From contig OY820905.2 in the NCBI GenBank assembly GCA_963555755.3, positions 1,632,001-1,696,000 of the forward strand: 64,000 nt of DNA, given 5' to 3'. The notes beneath the pieces were generated by a model, which did no database searches, was not told where the DNA came from, and saw nothing but the letters and a program-made list of their open reading frames with translations. The stretch is from Nitrospirales bacterium (lineage in GTDB: Bacteria; Nitrospirota; Nitrospiria; Nitrospirales; UBA8639). Shown one piece after another: positions 42,911-53,225 of the stretch (position 1 is its first letter; every line of letters starts with the position of its first letter). A program made the position numbers and the translations under genes.

Positions 42911-42961
42911 GGGCTCTAGGCGCAGGACACCGCTAGTGGTATCCAGGCTAAATGCACGTTT

Positions 42962-43636
42962 TCAAGTGCGGAATGTAGGTTCAAGGGCTCGATCAAGGTC
43001 GATTCGTTCTGCCTGAATGACTCCGTTACCCAGGTCCTTGCCATACACGTCAACATACAGGTTCGAAGCGAAATAGCGGTTCGGATCAATATGTGTGAGT
43101 TTTGTACTGAATAAATATGAATCGTCTGTCATCGCGGTTAACCAATGGATGTTGTTTTTGTCATCGGAGTGAGAATTCCATTGGCCGGGTTGAGACACAT
43201 GGTCTGATGTCTGGCGAATATGGAAAAAGTTTTCATCGTAATGCAACCGATCGTATTGCCTGACATGAAATGCACCGGAGAGAATGAGAAATGCAGAAAC
43301 CATATTCAGATGCCCATGGGGTAAGATTGAACTTCCTTTGCTAATTTTGGCTAACCTCGTGGTGACCACCATAGGTTCAGGGGCGCCTATATGTGGCAGG
43401 AAACATACGGGGATGAAATTTTTGCTCTGGTCAATAGAGCCAAAAGCCGAATTTTTGGTCGCTGGCTCAAAGTCAATGCTTCGTAATAGTGTGCCTAGAT
43501 CAATGTTGCGATAAAGATCATCCATCCCATCCTGCCATGCCAAAGCGGTAATTTGGCCATTCAGCAAGTCTCGGCCTAGGGAATCTAGCTGGTGAATCCA
43601 ACTCCTAATATCTATCGATACGGCGAGAGAACTCAT
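42962..43636 (-). CDS. Cupin-fold protein; last residues replaced by IS1634 sequence
   Basis: PHGH.NM.S.FLILSG and NIHW cupin-like motifs; original end LELYG* lies at 38963-38980. Confidence 0.55.
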   Translation of the reverse strand: MSSLAVSIDIRSWIHQLDSLGRDLLNGQITALAWQDGMDDLYRNIDLGTLLRSIDFEPATKNSAFGSIDQSKNFIPVCFLPHIGAPEPMVVTTRLAKISKGSSILPHGHLNMVSAFLILSGAFHVRQYDRLHYDENFFHIRQTSDHVSQPGQWNSHSDDKNNIHWLTAMTDDSYLFSTKLTHIDPNRYFASNLYVDVYGKDLGNGVIQAERIDLDRALEPTFRT

Positions 43637-43701
43637 TATTCCTCAATGTCCGTCAATGGAAATGAATAAAGGGGAAGGCCAATAGCGCCACGCACAGCTG
43701 A

Positions 43702-44904
43702 TTACACAGCTGTAGCTTTTTCGCGGGTTGCATTTTCCCAGGCTTCGGTCAACAGGACTTTGTGCAGTTCAATGTCGCACTTCTTGGCGTTGGTGAGGCC
43801 TGCCTGTCGCATGTCATCAGGATAGGGTTTGGTTAATATGGCAGGCAGTTCGTCGATCGACTGGAAGAGGTAGCCGCCTCCACCCAAAAATGCGAGTTGT
43901 TCCTCGCGTCGACCTGGTAATTCTTGCCAACAGACACCGAGGCCGCTGGCCTGTGCCTCGGCAATAGCCGCCGGGAGTCCGACTTTGTTGATGGTTGGAT
44001 CCGAAGGGTACACGAACCAATCATAGTGAAGATAGACATCCGGCATCTCGTCTGGATCTGTATAGATGGTGCGTGCTGGGTTGCCGGCTTGTTCATTATA
44101 TGCCTGTATCGTTGCCAGGTGGCCCCCCTTGCCGTAAAGGTCAAATTGTAGGCCGCTTCCCCGCATCCGCACAGCCAAATCGATAAAATCAGCATGTGCT
44201 TTTTTCGGAATAGTCGGGCCGGCACAGAGTACTCGTCCCGTTGATGCACGACGACCCGGTTTAAAGAACCGCGCGAAGTTGATGACGGGCCAACAACTGA
44301 CAACCTTTTCACCCTGAAGGCCACTCTCTACTAGATAGTTCCGAAACGCCGGGAACGCAAGTACCCTCTGGCACCAAGGACTATTCGCTGCATCGCACAT
44401 GGTGTCTATTTTCTCTTGAGGTTCAGAAAGAATATCCATTGAATGAGTCCTGATAGTAAACGGGATCTTGTGTCGTTCAGCGAGGAATTGCAGGAGCAGT
44501 CCCATGCCGAAGTAGTGCGCATGCATCACGTCGGGTTTAAACTCCTTGATGACAGCATCAACTTCACGGATAAACTCTTGCTGGGTTGCCGAATTAAACT
44601 CACGATTGACGTTCTTGATCGGGCCGTATACAAGGCATGAATCTTTATACTCAATAACTTTATGGGGAAAGGCGTGATTGCGAGGATATGGGGAAGCCCG
44701 GTAGGTAATAATCTGGATATCGTACTCTCCGAGCAGACTCCGAATCTCTTCATGCATATAGGTTTCAGAGAAAGTTGGGTAAGACACGATGAAATACAGA
44801 ATCCGTGGTCGTCGCCCCTTCGGTGAGAGAAGCGAGTCACCGGAAGTGCCTCTCCGAAGTTTGGAAAAGAAGGTATTGAGAATCTGCCAGCGTGATGTGG
44901 TCAT
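43702..44904 (-). CDS. Glycosyltransferase family 4-like (WcaL-like)
   Basis: YPTFSETY..EEI, HAHY, PKK, GLPAAIAEAQASG motifs. Confidence 0.78.
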   Translation of the reverse strand: MTTSRWQILNTFFSKLRRGTSGDSLLSPKGRRPRILYFIVSYPTFSETYMHEEIRSLLGEYDIQIITYRASPYPRNHAFPHKVIEYKDSCLVYGPIKNVNREFNSATQQEFIREVDAVIKEFKPDVMHAHYFGMGLLLQFLAERHKIPFTIRTHSMDILSEPQEKIDTMCDAANSPWCQRVLAFPAFRNYLVESGLQGEKVVSCWPVINFARFFKPGRRASTGRVLCAGPTIPKKAHADFIDLAVRMRGSGLQFDLYGKGGHLATIQAYNEQAGNPARTIYTDPDEMPDVYLHYDWFVYPSDPTINKVGLPAAIAEAQASGLGVCWQELPGRREEQLAFLGGGGYLFQSIDELPAILTKPYPDDMRQAGLTNAKKCDIELHKVLLTEAWENATREKATAV

Positions 44905-45128
44905 GGTGTTAACCTCTCAAATGAGTGCCCGAGTGAACGTGGGAGTCGCCGCAAAGATTTCATAATGTTATTTTTACAAAAATAATGCTTATGGCAAGAG
45001 AATAATTCAAAATGATCATCAAAGTTTTTGTTGAACCTGGCGAAATACGACGCGATGGAGGTGCACACCAATCGCTGAGAAGCTGACCATCGGGGATGCC
45101 AATCCTCGTCAGATCCAGGAAGAGGGTG

Positions 45129-45203
45129 GTAGATTAAAGCCCTGGTGCTAACCTGGAGCCGCTCTCGAACACTTCGACGCACGCGTCTATCACGAACAAC
45201 AGC
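45129..45203 (-). ncRNA. Relic 3' end (domain VI) of a group II intron related to the host intron at 56360
   Basis: Aligns with 56360-56434 (CTGGTGC..TGGAGC.GCTCTCGAAC.CTTCGACGCACGCGTCTA.CACG); ends ...TCTAC. Confidence 0.75.
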
Positions 45204-45224
45204 GGACAGGGGCGATCAGAAATT

Positions 45225-45297
45225 GGGGCCAGACTCGATGAAGAAAAAAGACACGAGCGCCGTTAACCAAAAGGAAAATTTATTCGAGTCTGACCCC
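45225..45297. repeat. REP-like inverted repeat GGGGCCAGACTCGA...TCGAGTCTGACCCC
   Basis: 14-bp IR with one mismatch, intergenic. Confidence 0.5.
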
Positions 45298-45316
45298 TTT
45301 TAATCTCAACATCTTG

Positions 45317-46012
45317 CTAGGAAAGCAGGGACCAGGCGAGGATGCTGCCAAAACCCATGGCGAATACGCCGGCACAGGCTTTGATTCGGGGTTGCCAGTG
45401 GGTGGCTCGTTGAGCCATGACGATAAACGGCACACTCACGAGGGTGCTCATGACGAACATGCCCGCGATGGTACCTGCTCCGAAGAAAACAATATAGACC
45501 AATCCAAGGAGGGTCGAGGGCATGGTCGTCATCACAGCCAGAGTTAAGGCTGCGCTTCCTGCAACGCCATGAACCACTCCTACGCCAAAAGCTTTTCGCA
45601 AGGAATTCCTGAAATGATTGTGAGCATGGACTTCTTGATCTTGCACGTGAACATGCACATGGGTGTGGGTACTGTTATCATGCGAGTGGGTATGGGCGTG
45701 AAGAGTCAGCGGCCTTCTGGCCCGCCACAGCAAGAGCCCACCCAGCCCCATGATCATCCCGGCTACCAGGACTTCCATGCTAGTGGCAAGTGCGTCTGGT
45801 ATTTGCCACTTGAAACTCAGCACGAGTGCTCCCAGCACCGCTAGAGTGACGGTGTGCCCCATTCCCCAAAACAGTCCCAGGACTGACGATCGTTTCAGGC
45901 TCTCGGTTTCTGCCGCCAACGTGCCCACAGCTACGACATGATCCGCATCTAACGCATGCGACAGCCCAAGCAGGAATCCGAGAAACAATGATGTAAGAAT
46001 GAGGTCGTCCAT
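45317..46012 (-). CDS. Nickel/cobalt transporter-like (UreH/NiCoT-like) membrane protein
   Basis: HALDADH, WGMGH, His-rich loop, GVVHGVAGSA motifs. Confidence 0.8.
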   Translation of the reverse strand: MDDLILTSLFLGFLLGLSHALDADHVVAVGTLAAETESLKRSSVLGLFWGMGHTVTLAVLGALVLSFKWQIPDALATSMEVLVAGMIMGLGGLLLWRARRPLTLHAHTHSHDNSTHTHVHVHVQDQEVHAHNHFRNSLRKAFGVGVVHGVAGSAALTLAVMTTMPSTLLGLVYIVFFGAGTIAGMFVMSTLVSVPFIVMAQRATHWQPRIKACAGVFAMGFGSILAWSLLS

Positions 46013-46054
46013 GAATGTTTTTTTGTAGGGTGGGCATGGCCCACCTGACAGCCT

Positions 46055-46699
46055 TTATGAGGTACGTCGAATGACTAGCACGCCGTCCCGAATCGTGACA
46101 AGTACTGATGAAACACGATCGTCTGCCGCAACCACCCGATTCAATTCCTGAATGGCGGCGGTGGAATCATCAGGGGGTAGATGGATGATAACGTCACCGT
46201 TCCACAATACATTATCGATGAGCATGACGCCGTTGGGAGCAAGCAGTTCTAAACCCCGTTGGTAGTAATTCACATAATTGATTTTATCCGCATCGATAAA
46301 AATGACATCGAACGGTCCCTTCACCTGGTCCATCGTTTCCAACGCCGGACCAAGACGTACCTCAATCTTTTTGCCAACAGGACTTTGGGCCCAATACTGT
46401 TTCGCAAACTCCGTGGTCTCCGGATCAATATCACACGTGATGACCGTGCCATCCTCCGGTAACGCTTCGGCAAAACAGAGCGCGCTGTATCCGGTGAAGG
46501 TTCCAATTTCCAATACCCGCTTCGCCCCTACTAACTGCGCCATCATTTTGAGAAAGGCGCCCTCTAAAGCCCCGACCACCATTTGAGGAAAATCGAGCGA
46601 ACGAAAGGTTTCTTCCCGCAATCGCCGGCACACATCCGACTCGGGGACCGAATGCGCTTCGGCATAGGCTTCGATTTCAGGTGCGACGAGATCTTTCAT
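46055..46699 (-). CDS. O-methyltransferase (caffeoyl-CoA/COMT-like)
   Basis: LEIGTFTGYS, FIDADK, DNVLW, IRDG motifs. Confidence 0.9.
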   Translation of the reverse strand: MKDLVAPEIEAYAEAHSVPESDVCRRLREETFRSLDFPQMVVGALEGAFLKMMAQLVGAKRVLEIGTFTGYSALCFAEALPEDGTVITCDIDPETTEFAKQYWAQSPVGKKIEVRLGPALETMDQVKGPFDVIFIDADKINYVNYYQRGLELLAPNGVMLIDNVLWNGDVIIHLPPDDSTAAIQELNRVVAADDRVSSVLVTIRDGVLVIRRTS

Positions 46700-46880
46700 A
46701 TTGAGTACCTCATTTTCAACAGTACCTGCTTCTGCTGGGTTCTCTATCTCACCTACCCCTCCTTACAAAGGAGAGGGACTTTATCAGCCAATGCACATTG
46801 CAATCGTGTGCATGTCTTTGTACAGTCCGACCCTTACAATTTGCAATTATTGGATCTGCTCACATGAAGGAGTGCATCAC

Positions 46881-48419
46881 ATGTCACAGACGACGGACGG
46901 GCTAGAGAAACTTAAAACCACACTTCTTGAGATTCAACACTTGCGGGATGCCGCATCGTTACTTTCCTGGGATCAGGAAACGTATATGCCTACCGGCGGG
47001 GGCCAAGCCCGTGCAGATCAAATTGCCACGCTTCAGACATTGGCCCACGACAAGTTTGTGTCCACCGAGATGGAAGACCTGCTAACGCACCATATTGATC
47101 CAATGACCGGCTTGGCAAATAGCAAGGGCACTGGATTGGATGAGGCATCCCAAGCGCTGCTTCGAGAAACCTGGCGTGACTTTAGCCGGGCTAAGAAGCT
47201 GCCTTCTGAATTTATCACTCGCCTCGAACGTGAATGCTCCCTGGCGCAGCAAGTGTGGACAGAGGCCCGCCAAAACAATACGTTCGCGACATTCCTTCCG
47301 AATCTTCGGACCGTCGTCGCACTGAAGTATGAAGAAGTGGAGTACTTAGGCTACACCGATTCGCCATACAACACCCTGCTCGATACCTATGAACCAGGCG
47401 CAACCGTGGCCCAACTCCAGCCGTTGTTCACCACCATTCGGAAAAGGCTTGTGTCTTTGCTGGAGGAAATCCGGCAATCCCCTACTCCCCCAAATGATCG
47501 AATCCTGTATCAACCCTATGACACCGATCGTCAACTGGAATTCGGAAAACTCGTGTTGGCGAAAATGGGCTATGACTTCTCCCGTGGCAGACTGGACTTA
47601 TCCGCACACCCGTTTACCACCTCGTTTCATCCGACTGACGTCCGCGTCACCACGCGCGTGTTTGAAAAGGATTTACAGTCTTGCCTCTTTAGCTGCATTC
47701 ATGAGGGTGGCCATGGACTGTATGAGCAAGGGTTGCCACCCGAGCACCATGGCACACCGCTGGGGGAAGCCCTGTCCCTGGGCATTCATGAAAGCCAATC
47801 TCGCCTTTGGGAAAATAGCGTCGGACGCTCTCGCGCGTTTTGGGAATACTTCTTTCCCTTGCTGAAAGATCGGTTTCCCAATCAACTCAGCGGCATCAAT
47901 GTGGACACATTCTATGGGGCGATCAATACCGTGAAACCATCGCTCATCCGAGTCGAAGCGGACGAAGTGACCTACAACCTGCATATCATGGTGCGCTTTG
48001 AGATCGAACTCGATGTCATTGAAAAGCGTGTTGGCGTGGAAGACTTGCCGGATCTGTGGCGAACAAAAATGAAGGAGTACCTCGGGGTCGTTCCCGAACG
48101 GGATGCCGACGGTGTGCTCCAAGATGTGCATTGGTCCTTCGGCGCGTTTGGATATTTTCCAACATATACCCTGGGCAATCTCTATGCGGCCATGCTGTTC
48201 AAACAAGCAGGGACGGATTTGCCTTCACTTGAAACCGACATCGCCCAGGGAAACCTGATGCCCTTAAAACAATGGCTCAACCACCACATCCATCGCCACG
48301 GACGGCAATTCACCTCCAAAGAGTTAATTCAACGCGCCACCGGACAAACGCTAAGCGCCGAGCCATTTTTGCAATCGCTTCGAGATAAAATGCAGGAGGT
48401 TTACGGATTTCCGGCTTAA
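46881..48419 (+). CDS. Carboxypeptidase M32 (Taq carboxypeptidase family)
   Basis: WDQET.MP, HPF, HEGGH, HESQS, IRVEADE, QDVHW, GYFPTY motifs; AGGAG RBS before ATG 46881. Confidence 0.93.
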   Translation: MSQTTDGLEKLKTTLLEIQHLRDAASLLSWDQETYMPTGGGQARADQIATLQTLAHDKFVSTEMEDLLTHHIDPMTGLANSKGTGLDEASQALLRETWRDFSRAKKLPSEFITRLERECSLAQQVWTEARQNNTFATFLPNLRTVVALKYEEVEYLGYTDSPYNTLLDTYEPGATVAQLQPLFTTIRKRLVSLLEEIRQSPTPPNDRILYQPYDTDRQLEFGKLVLAKMGYDFSRGRLDLSAHPFTTSFHPTDVRVTTRVFEKDLQSCLFSCIHEGGHGLYEQGLPPEHHGTPLGEALSLGIHESQSRLWENSVGRSRAFWEYFFPLLKDRFPNQLSGINVDTFYGAINTVKPSLIRVEADEVTYNLHIMVRFEIELDVIEKRVGVEDLPDLWRTKMKEYLGVVPERDADGVLQDVHWSFGAFGYFPTYTLGNLYAAMLFKQAGTDLPSLETDIAQGNLMPLKQWLNHHIHRHGRQFTSKELIQRATGQTLSAEPFLQSLRDKMQEVYGFPA

Positions 48420-48492
48420 AAAATCGGAAGGCGGGAGAAGGAAGGCGAACAGTCTCCTCTCCGCCTTCCGCCTTCCGTTTCACGCTTCCTTG

Positions 48493-48776
48493 TGTATCCA
48501 ATCGATACAGTGATGTATCCGATTGGATACAAATTACCCTCTTTTGCAATATAATTTTCCTCTGGTATATCTTTCTTAAGGGTTCTCAATAAACACCAAT
48601 CAAATCAGCACCTTCACACACATCACACCCACCTTTTTTTCGTTGGCATGGATTCTGCTTATGCCCAAGAAGGCACGGGCATTTCACTAATTCCTTTGTT
48701 TCGGATCGGTGAAATGACCTCATCAACCGTCAAGCGTGCAGATCGTGTGTAGCCTCGAACTGGCATACATACTGCT
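48493..48776 (+). promoter_or_regulatory. Two sigma54 promoters (48644-48659, 48761-48776) with upstream double palindrome TGTATC-N5/6-GATACA (48493-48531)
   Basis: TGGCATGGATTCTGCT and TGGCATACATACTGCT, both GG-N10-GC. Confidence 0.65.
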
Positions 48777-48837
48777 TTATGAAAAGTCAGGAGTGTTTCT
48801 CCTGGTCATTTAATCTTATTCAAAGGAGGGAAAGTGT

Positions 48838-49158
48838 ATGAATCCGTTTCAACAATTTGCTCGGTCTTACATGACCATTGGACTGTTGGCCTTCGTATTG
48901 TGTTTGAGTTTTCCTGGTCTGGTGCTCGCCGCTGAGGGCACAATCGATCTCAATACCGCCACGACCAAACAGCTTGAACTATTGCCAGGCATTGGCAAAG
49001 AAATCGCCCAACGCATTGTCAGCTATCGAACGGACGTTGGGCCCTTCACGAGTATCAATGAGCTGATGAAAGTCAATGGCATTGGCACAGGAAAATTCGC
49101 CAAACTAAAAGAACTCATCACGATTGGGGTTGCCACCCAATCACCTTCATCCAACTAG
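48838..49158 (+). CDS. comEA: ComEA-like helix-hairpin-helix DNA-binding protein with signal peptide
   Basis: IDLNTAT..L..LPGIG...A..IV.YR...GPF....L..V.GIG pattern. Confidence 0.85.
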   Translation: MNPFQQFARSYMTIGLLAFVLCLSFPGLVLAAEGTIDLNTATTKQLELLPGIGKEIAQRIVSYRTDVGPFTSINELMKVNGIGTGKFAKLKELITIGVATQSPSSN

Positions 49159-49333
49159 TCCCCATCGGTTCGGAGGGTCTTCGGAGCCTGTCCGAGATTA
49201 GCGATCGTTACGAGGGAGTGCTGGTTTGAGTCAGATATTTCGATCATTTGAGGCGAATAGTTGGGCTATTCAACGAAAAGGATCGGGAGATCTGGCCAAA
49301 TCCAGCGCACCCGCAGTAGATCCGTCTAATCTT

Positions 49334-49485
49334 GGTTCTGTCGCAAATAATAGAATTGTGAGTTACGCCACTGGTTTTCATGTTGGACCAAGTTGAAAAA
49401 CTCCAGTCAAGTTGACAATTCTCGTCTGCGGGACACGGAGATGAAACCCCTTATTGCCTTCAAAAACATTGTTTGCGACAGAACC
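49334..49485. mobile_element. 152-bp MITE with IS6-like TIR GGTTCTGTCGCAAA, abutting another MITE-like relic (from about 49184)
   Basis: 14-bp perfect TIR; no TSD seen; upstream GAGCCTGTCCGAGATTAG...CTAATCTT. Confidence 0.6.
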
Positions 49486-49527
49486 ATAGAATGACGAATA
49501 CAGGGAATGTCGTTTGATCCACTGGTT

Positions 49528-49972
49528 CTAGCGATATCTCGAGATTTCTTGAAATAGAACAGGAAGGTTCTTCAAGAATTTGAACAATAGAGCAAGGCCT
49601 ACCAAGCCCCCTACAATGAGGCCTAAACGAAACATGATCATGCCTGCTAGTAAGTGGCGGCTGACTTCAGCGGCATCCCCATGATAACACACAAAGGCTT
49701 GGACCCACGCGTTCATGAGTAACCAAAGCGCGACCCATGAGGGCATGCGAACTCCAGAAGCGTAACGTACGCTCCATAAAGCTCCGCACACAGCGAGGAA
49801 CCAGAGTCCTAAAGGAACTGGAATATTGGGATACATGAATTGAGTGAGGGTTTGGGTCGCTGCCGTCTGGCCGGCTTCCTGGCCATACACTCTATTCTGG
49901 TCATTAATGGTTTCTTGCAATGCATGAGTCGCCCCAAGGATTGCGTGAAATGGTCTGTCTAGGGTCAGGTAC
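49528..49972 (-). pseudogene. 3' remnant of a multi-TM (GT-C-like) membrane protein cut by IS256
   Basis: Frame open up to the IS256 end; TM helices; YHGDAAEVSRH; 5' part not found beyond the IS. Confidence 0.55.
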
Positions 49973-51406
49973 GAGTCAAGCCCAAAGTTAGTTGAAATTC
50001 TCCATGGTTCCCGGGTTCATGTTACGCGGCCTTCTTTGGTCCGGCCTTCCCAATTTTTAAGTCTCGTCGCAGGGCCTCGCGTAAGCGGGGTAAGTGCCGA
50101 TAGCCCTTCACCTTGTTGAGCCGAGGCTCGATCTCCAGCAAGGCGGTGGCCAGCCACCGCTGCCGCTGATTCGAGTTCGTCCAGCGATCCACCTTGGCAC
50201 ACCGCTCCTCCACTAAGGCATTGATGGATTCCAGGCAATTCGTTGTTTTGAAGGACAGCCCGACGAGGGCAAACACTCCCAGCCGATGCAAGGTCAACGT
50301 CTCCTCCTGGCCTTCCGCCAGACTCTGCGCGGCCGATTGGTTGCGGCCCTCCAGCTCCGTCTGCAAGCGATGCAGGGCGGTGGACGCCTCCGCATACGTC
50401 GGGCGCTGATAGGCCCGGTGCAGCCGGGCCCGCCAGGTGGCCTGTTCGCCTTTCGGTAAGTGCTTCACCACATTCTCCCGTTTGTGCCACTGGCACCGTT
50501 GGACCACGGCCGAGGCGCCAAAGGCTTGCCGCACGGCGGCGCGCAGGCCTTTGGCCCCATCAATGCTGACCAAGAGGCCGTCAGAACTGTCGAGGCCCCG
50601 GTCACATAACGAGTGCAGAAAGGGCGTCAAGACTTTCTCGTTTTCAGTCCCCGTTTCCACAAACCCCAGGACGTGTTTCTCCCCCGTGAGCGTGATGCCC
50701 ACGGCGATCACCATCGTCATGTCGGCGAAGGCTTTCCCGTCGAGAAAGACGGCAACGATGTCCAGGTCGCTCAGGTCGCGGTTCTGAAACGCCTGGAGCT
50801 GCTTGGCGCTGGCTTGCGTAAAGCTCCGAGACACCGTCGAGCTTGACAGGCCAATCGCCCCCGGGACCGCCGCTGCGGCCGCTTCATAGTTCCGGCAGGA
50901 AATCCCATAGAGCACGCGCTTGAGCAGGCCCTCATCCAGCTGGCCCGGGCCGCGAAGGTGGCCCACGCTCTGTAAGGAAATCTCACCGCCTTCCACATGC
51001 TGGACACGAGGGATCCGAACCGGATGGCGTTGACCCGCCAGTTGGACACTCCCCGGATTGCTCCCATGCCGATAGCCGGGCAGATGCGAAGCCTTCCGCG
51101 CATACCGAGCCCCGGCCAACGTGTACACCTCCTCCTCTAGGAGTTCTTGAATCCGCATTAAGCCCAACGGGATGAGGGCTTGAATACATTCCACCTTGCT
51201 GTTCACATCGAAGGCCTCATACTGCTCAGGCCGAATCACCCGCACCGGCCCCAACCGTTTCGCCTTCTTGCTTCTTGGTCTTGATTGCGGGATACGTTCC
51301 ATCGTGGCTCCTTTCTCGTTTGAGTAATGATGTTTAATTAGGTAATCACCATTACAACATAGCAGGGGGAGCCACTTCAAATTTCAACTAACAATAGCAC
51401 ACACTC
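49973..51406 (-). mobile_element. IS256-family element (transposase 50022-51380, probable start 51303)
   Basis: FLDG, G.T..G.K..LG, IDG..GL, QRCQWHK.EN, TTN.LES.N motifs; imperfect TIR GAGT....GTTAGTTGAAATT; no TSD. Confidence 0.88.
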
Positions 51407-51692
51407 AGATCCACCACGAAAAGCTTTCAACAACATGCAACCTCTAGCATTCCTCCGATAAGACATCCCGTTTGGCATCTTTGGAAAAGACCCAACTCTT
51501 CAAGGTGTCATGGGAGAAAAAGGGCTAAATTGAAATATTCAGAATCCGTTTTTTTTCCACCAAAATTAGGGATCAACAACCATTGACTCAGGAAAACCAT
51601 AATTCGTACCGAAATAACAACAAGGACTAGTAGTTTCACATACTCGCAATTTTCCACGTACTTACCTGAGCTAAGGTCCCAGCCATTGCGTT

Positions 51693-53204
51693 TTGAAAGC
51701 TTCAGTCCAAATTATTGAATCCATGATACCTACACTTACGCTAGAACAAGACATTCCAACATGGTCTGATTGTAACATGGGCCACGATCTTCCGGTCTTA
51801 TGTGTTGACCTAGATGGAACATTATTGGCCACCGACACATTCCTGGAATCAACGATCCTGCTTCTTAAACAAAATCCCTTTTTCATTTTACTCCTTCCTC
51901 TCTGGGCCTGGAGAGGGATAGCCTACCTCAAACAACAAGTGACAAAAAGAATTAGGTTGGATGCTTCGTCCTTACCGTATCGACAGGATATCCTCAGCTA
52001 CATCAAACAGGAATTTCATGAGGGCAGAACACTCGTCCTGGCAACAGGTGCCGACCAGCAAGTAGCTGAAGCTGTAGGAAAGCATTTGAATATTTTTTCG
52101 GAAATCATCGCGAGTGACGGCATCAACAATATTGTAGGATCCAACAAACGTCGAGTGCTAGAAGCACGATTCGGATTACGGGGTTTCGATTATATTGGGA
52201 ATGATTCCGCGGATCTCGAGGTTTGGAAAAGCGCACATGGGGCACTTGTCGCATCCTCTTCCAATACCCTTCTTCAACAAACGGCACAACACGTTCCTGT
52301 CCTTCATTTTTTCCCCAAACCCAGACCTTCATTGAGGATCGTCTTGAAGGCACTGCGCATTCATCAATGGATCAAAAACATCCTCATTTTTCTCCCCCTT
52401 GCCGCGGCTCACATGATACTTGAACCGACGCTGTTACTCCCGGCCTGTCTCGCATTCCTATGCTTTAGTATCTGTGCCTCAGGAATTTACCTATTCAATG
52501 ATCTACTTGATCTTCCCGCTGACCGAAAGCATCCCAAGAAAAAAGGGCGCCCCTTTGCATCTGGATCTCTTCCCCTACACGTCGGGTTGCTTGGCCACCC
52601 CCTTCTCATTATAGGAAGTTTCTTTCTTGCCTGGGCGACACTCCCGCCCTCCTTCCTCCATATTTTGCTTCTCTATGCCCTCACGACGATGACATATTCC
52701 ATCTATCTAAAGAAAATGATGATGGTGGATGTCCTGACCTTAGCTGGCCTCTACACGTTGAGAGTGTTGGCAGGTGGAGTCGCGGTTGGGATTTCAGTCT
52801 CGTCCTGGTTACTCGCCTTTTCCCTTTTCTTTTTTCTGAGTCTCGCCTTTGCCAAACGCCATGGCGAACTACAAATCAGAAAGGTTTCGACCTACCAAGG
52901 AATTGAGCGAAGAGCATACATCGGAGGGGACAAAGAAATCTTGGGCACGATGGGAATAATCAGTGGCTACATGTCTGTATTAGTATTGGCCTTATATATC
53001 AATGGGCAAGAAGTCACGTCCTCCTACGAAAATCCGGAGATGCTGTGGTTAACCTGCCCCATACTCCTATACTGGGTAAGCCGCACTTGGCTACTTGCCC
53101 ATCGGGGCAATTTGAATGATGACCCTCTTGTTGTGGCCTTGCGTGACCCACGCAGTTACGTGATTGCTTTGGCGATGGGAATATGCGGAATACTCGCCAT
53201 ATAA
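51693..53204 (+). CDS. HAD + UbiA-family polyprenyl-phosphate phosphoribosyltransferase (NoeC/Rv3806c-like)
   Basis: VDLDGTL; R.HQW.KN; ND..D...DRKHP.K..RP.ASG; KR..E; DDP motifs. Confidence 0.85.
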   Translation: MKASVQIIESMIPTLTLEQDIPTWSDCNMGHDLPVLCVDLDGTLLATDTFLESTILLLKQNPFFILLLPLWAWRGIAYLKQQVTKRIRLDASSLPYRQDILSYIKQEFHEGRTLVLATGADQQVAEAVGKHLNIFSEIIASDGINNIVGSNKRRVLEARFGLRGFDYIGNDSADLEVWKSAHGALVASSSNTLLQQTAQHVPVLHFFPKPRPSLRIVLKALRIHQWIKNILIFLPLAAAHMILEPTLLLPACLAFLCFSICASGIYLFNDLLDLPADRKHPKKKGRPFASGSLPLHVGLLGHPLLIIGSFFLAWATLPPSFLHILLLYALTTMTYSIYLKKMMMVDVLTLAGLYTLRVLAGGVAVGISVSSWLLAFSLFFFLSLAFAKRHGELQIRKVSTYQGIERRAYIGGDKEILGTMGIISGYMSVLVLALYINGQEVTSSYENPEMLWLTCPILLYWVSRTWLLAHRGNLNDDPLVVALRDPRSYVIALAMGICGILAI

Positions 53205-53225
53205 CCAAATGGTGTTGCGAAAAAG

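Larger units (their letters stand above)
38981..42979 (-). mobile_element. IS1634-family element (transposase from about 42581 to 39021, interrupted by ISAs1) with a divergent passenger ORF
   Basis: TIR CCTACATTCCGCACTTGAAAACGTG; 6-bp TSD TTCAAG; DSTS, GHSKDHRPDLKQ, VADSK, IEKRF motifs; C-terminus resumes left of ISAs1 (TFWDELSEPQ...GGDT*). Confidence 0.92.
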
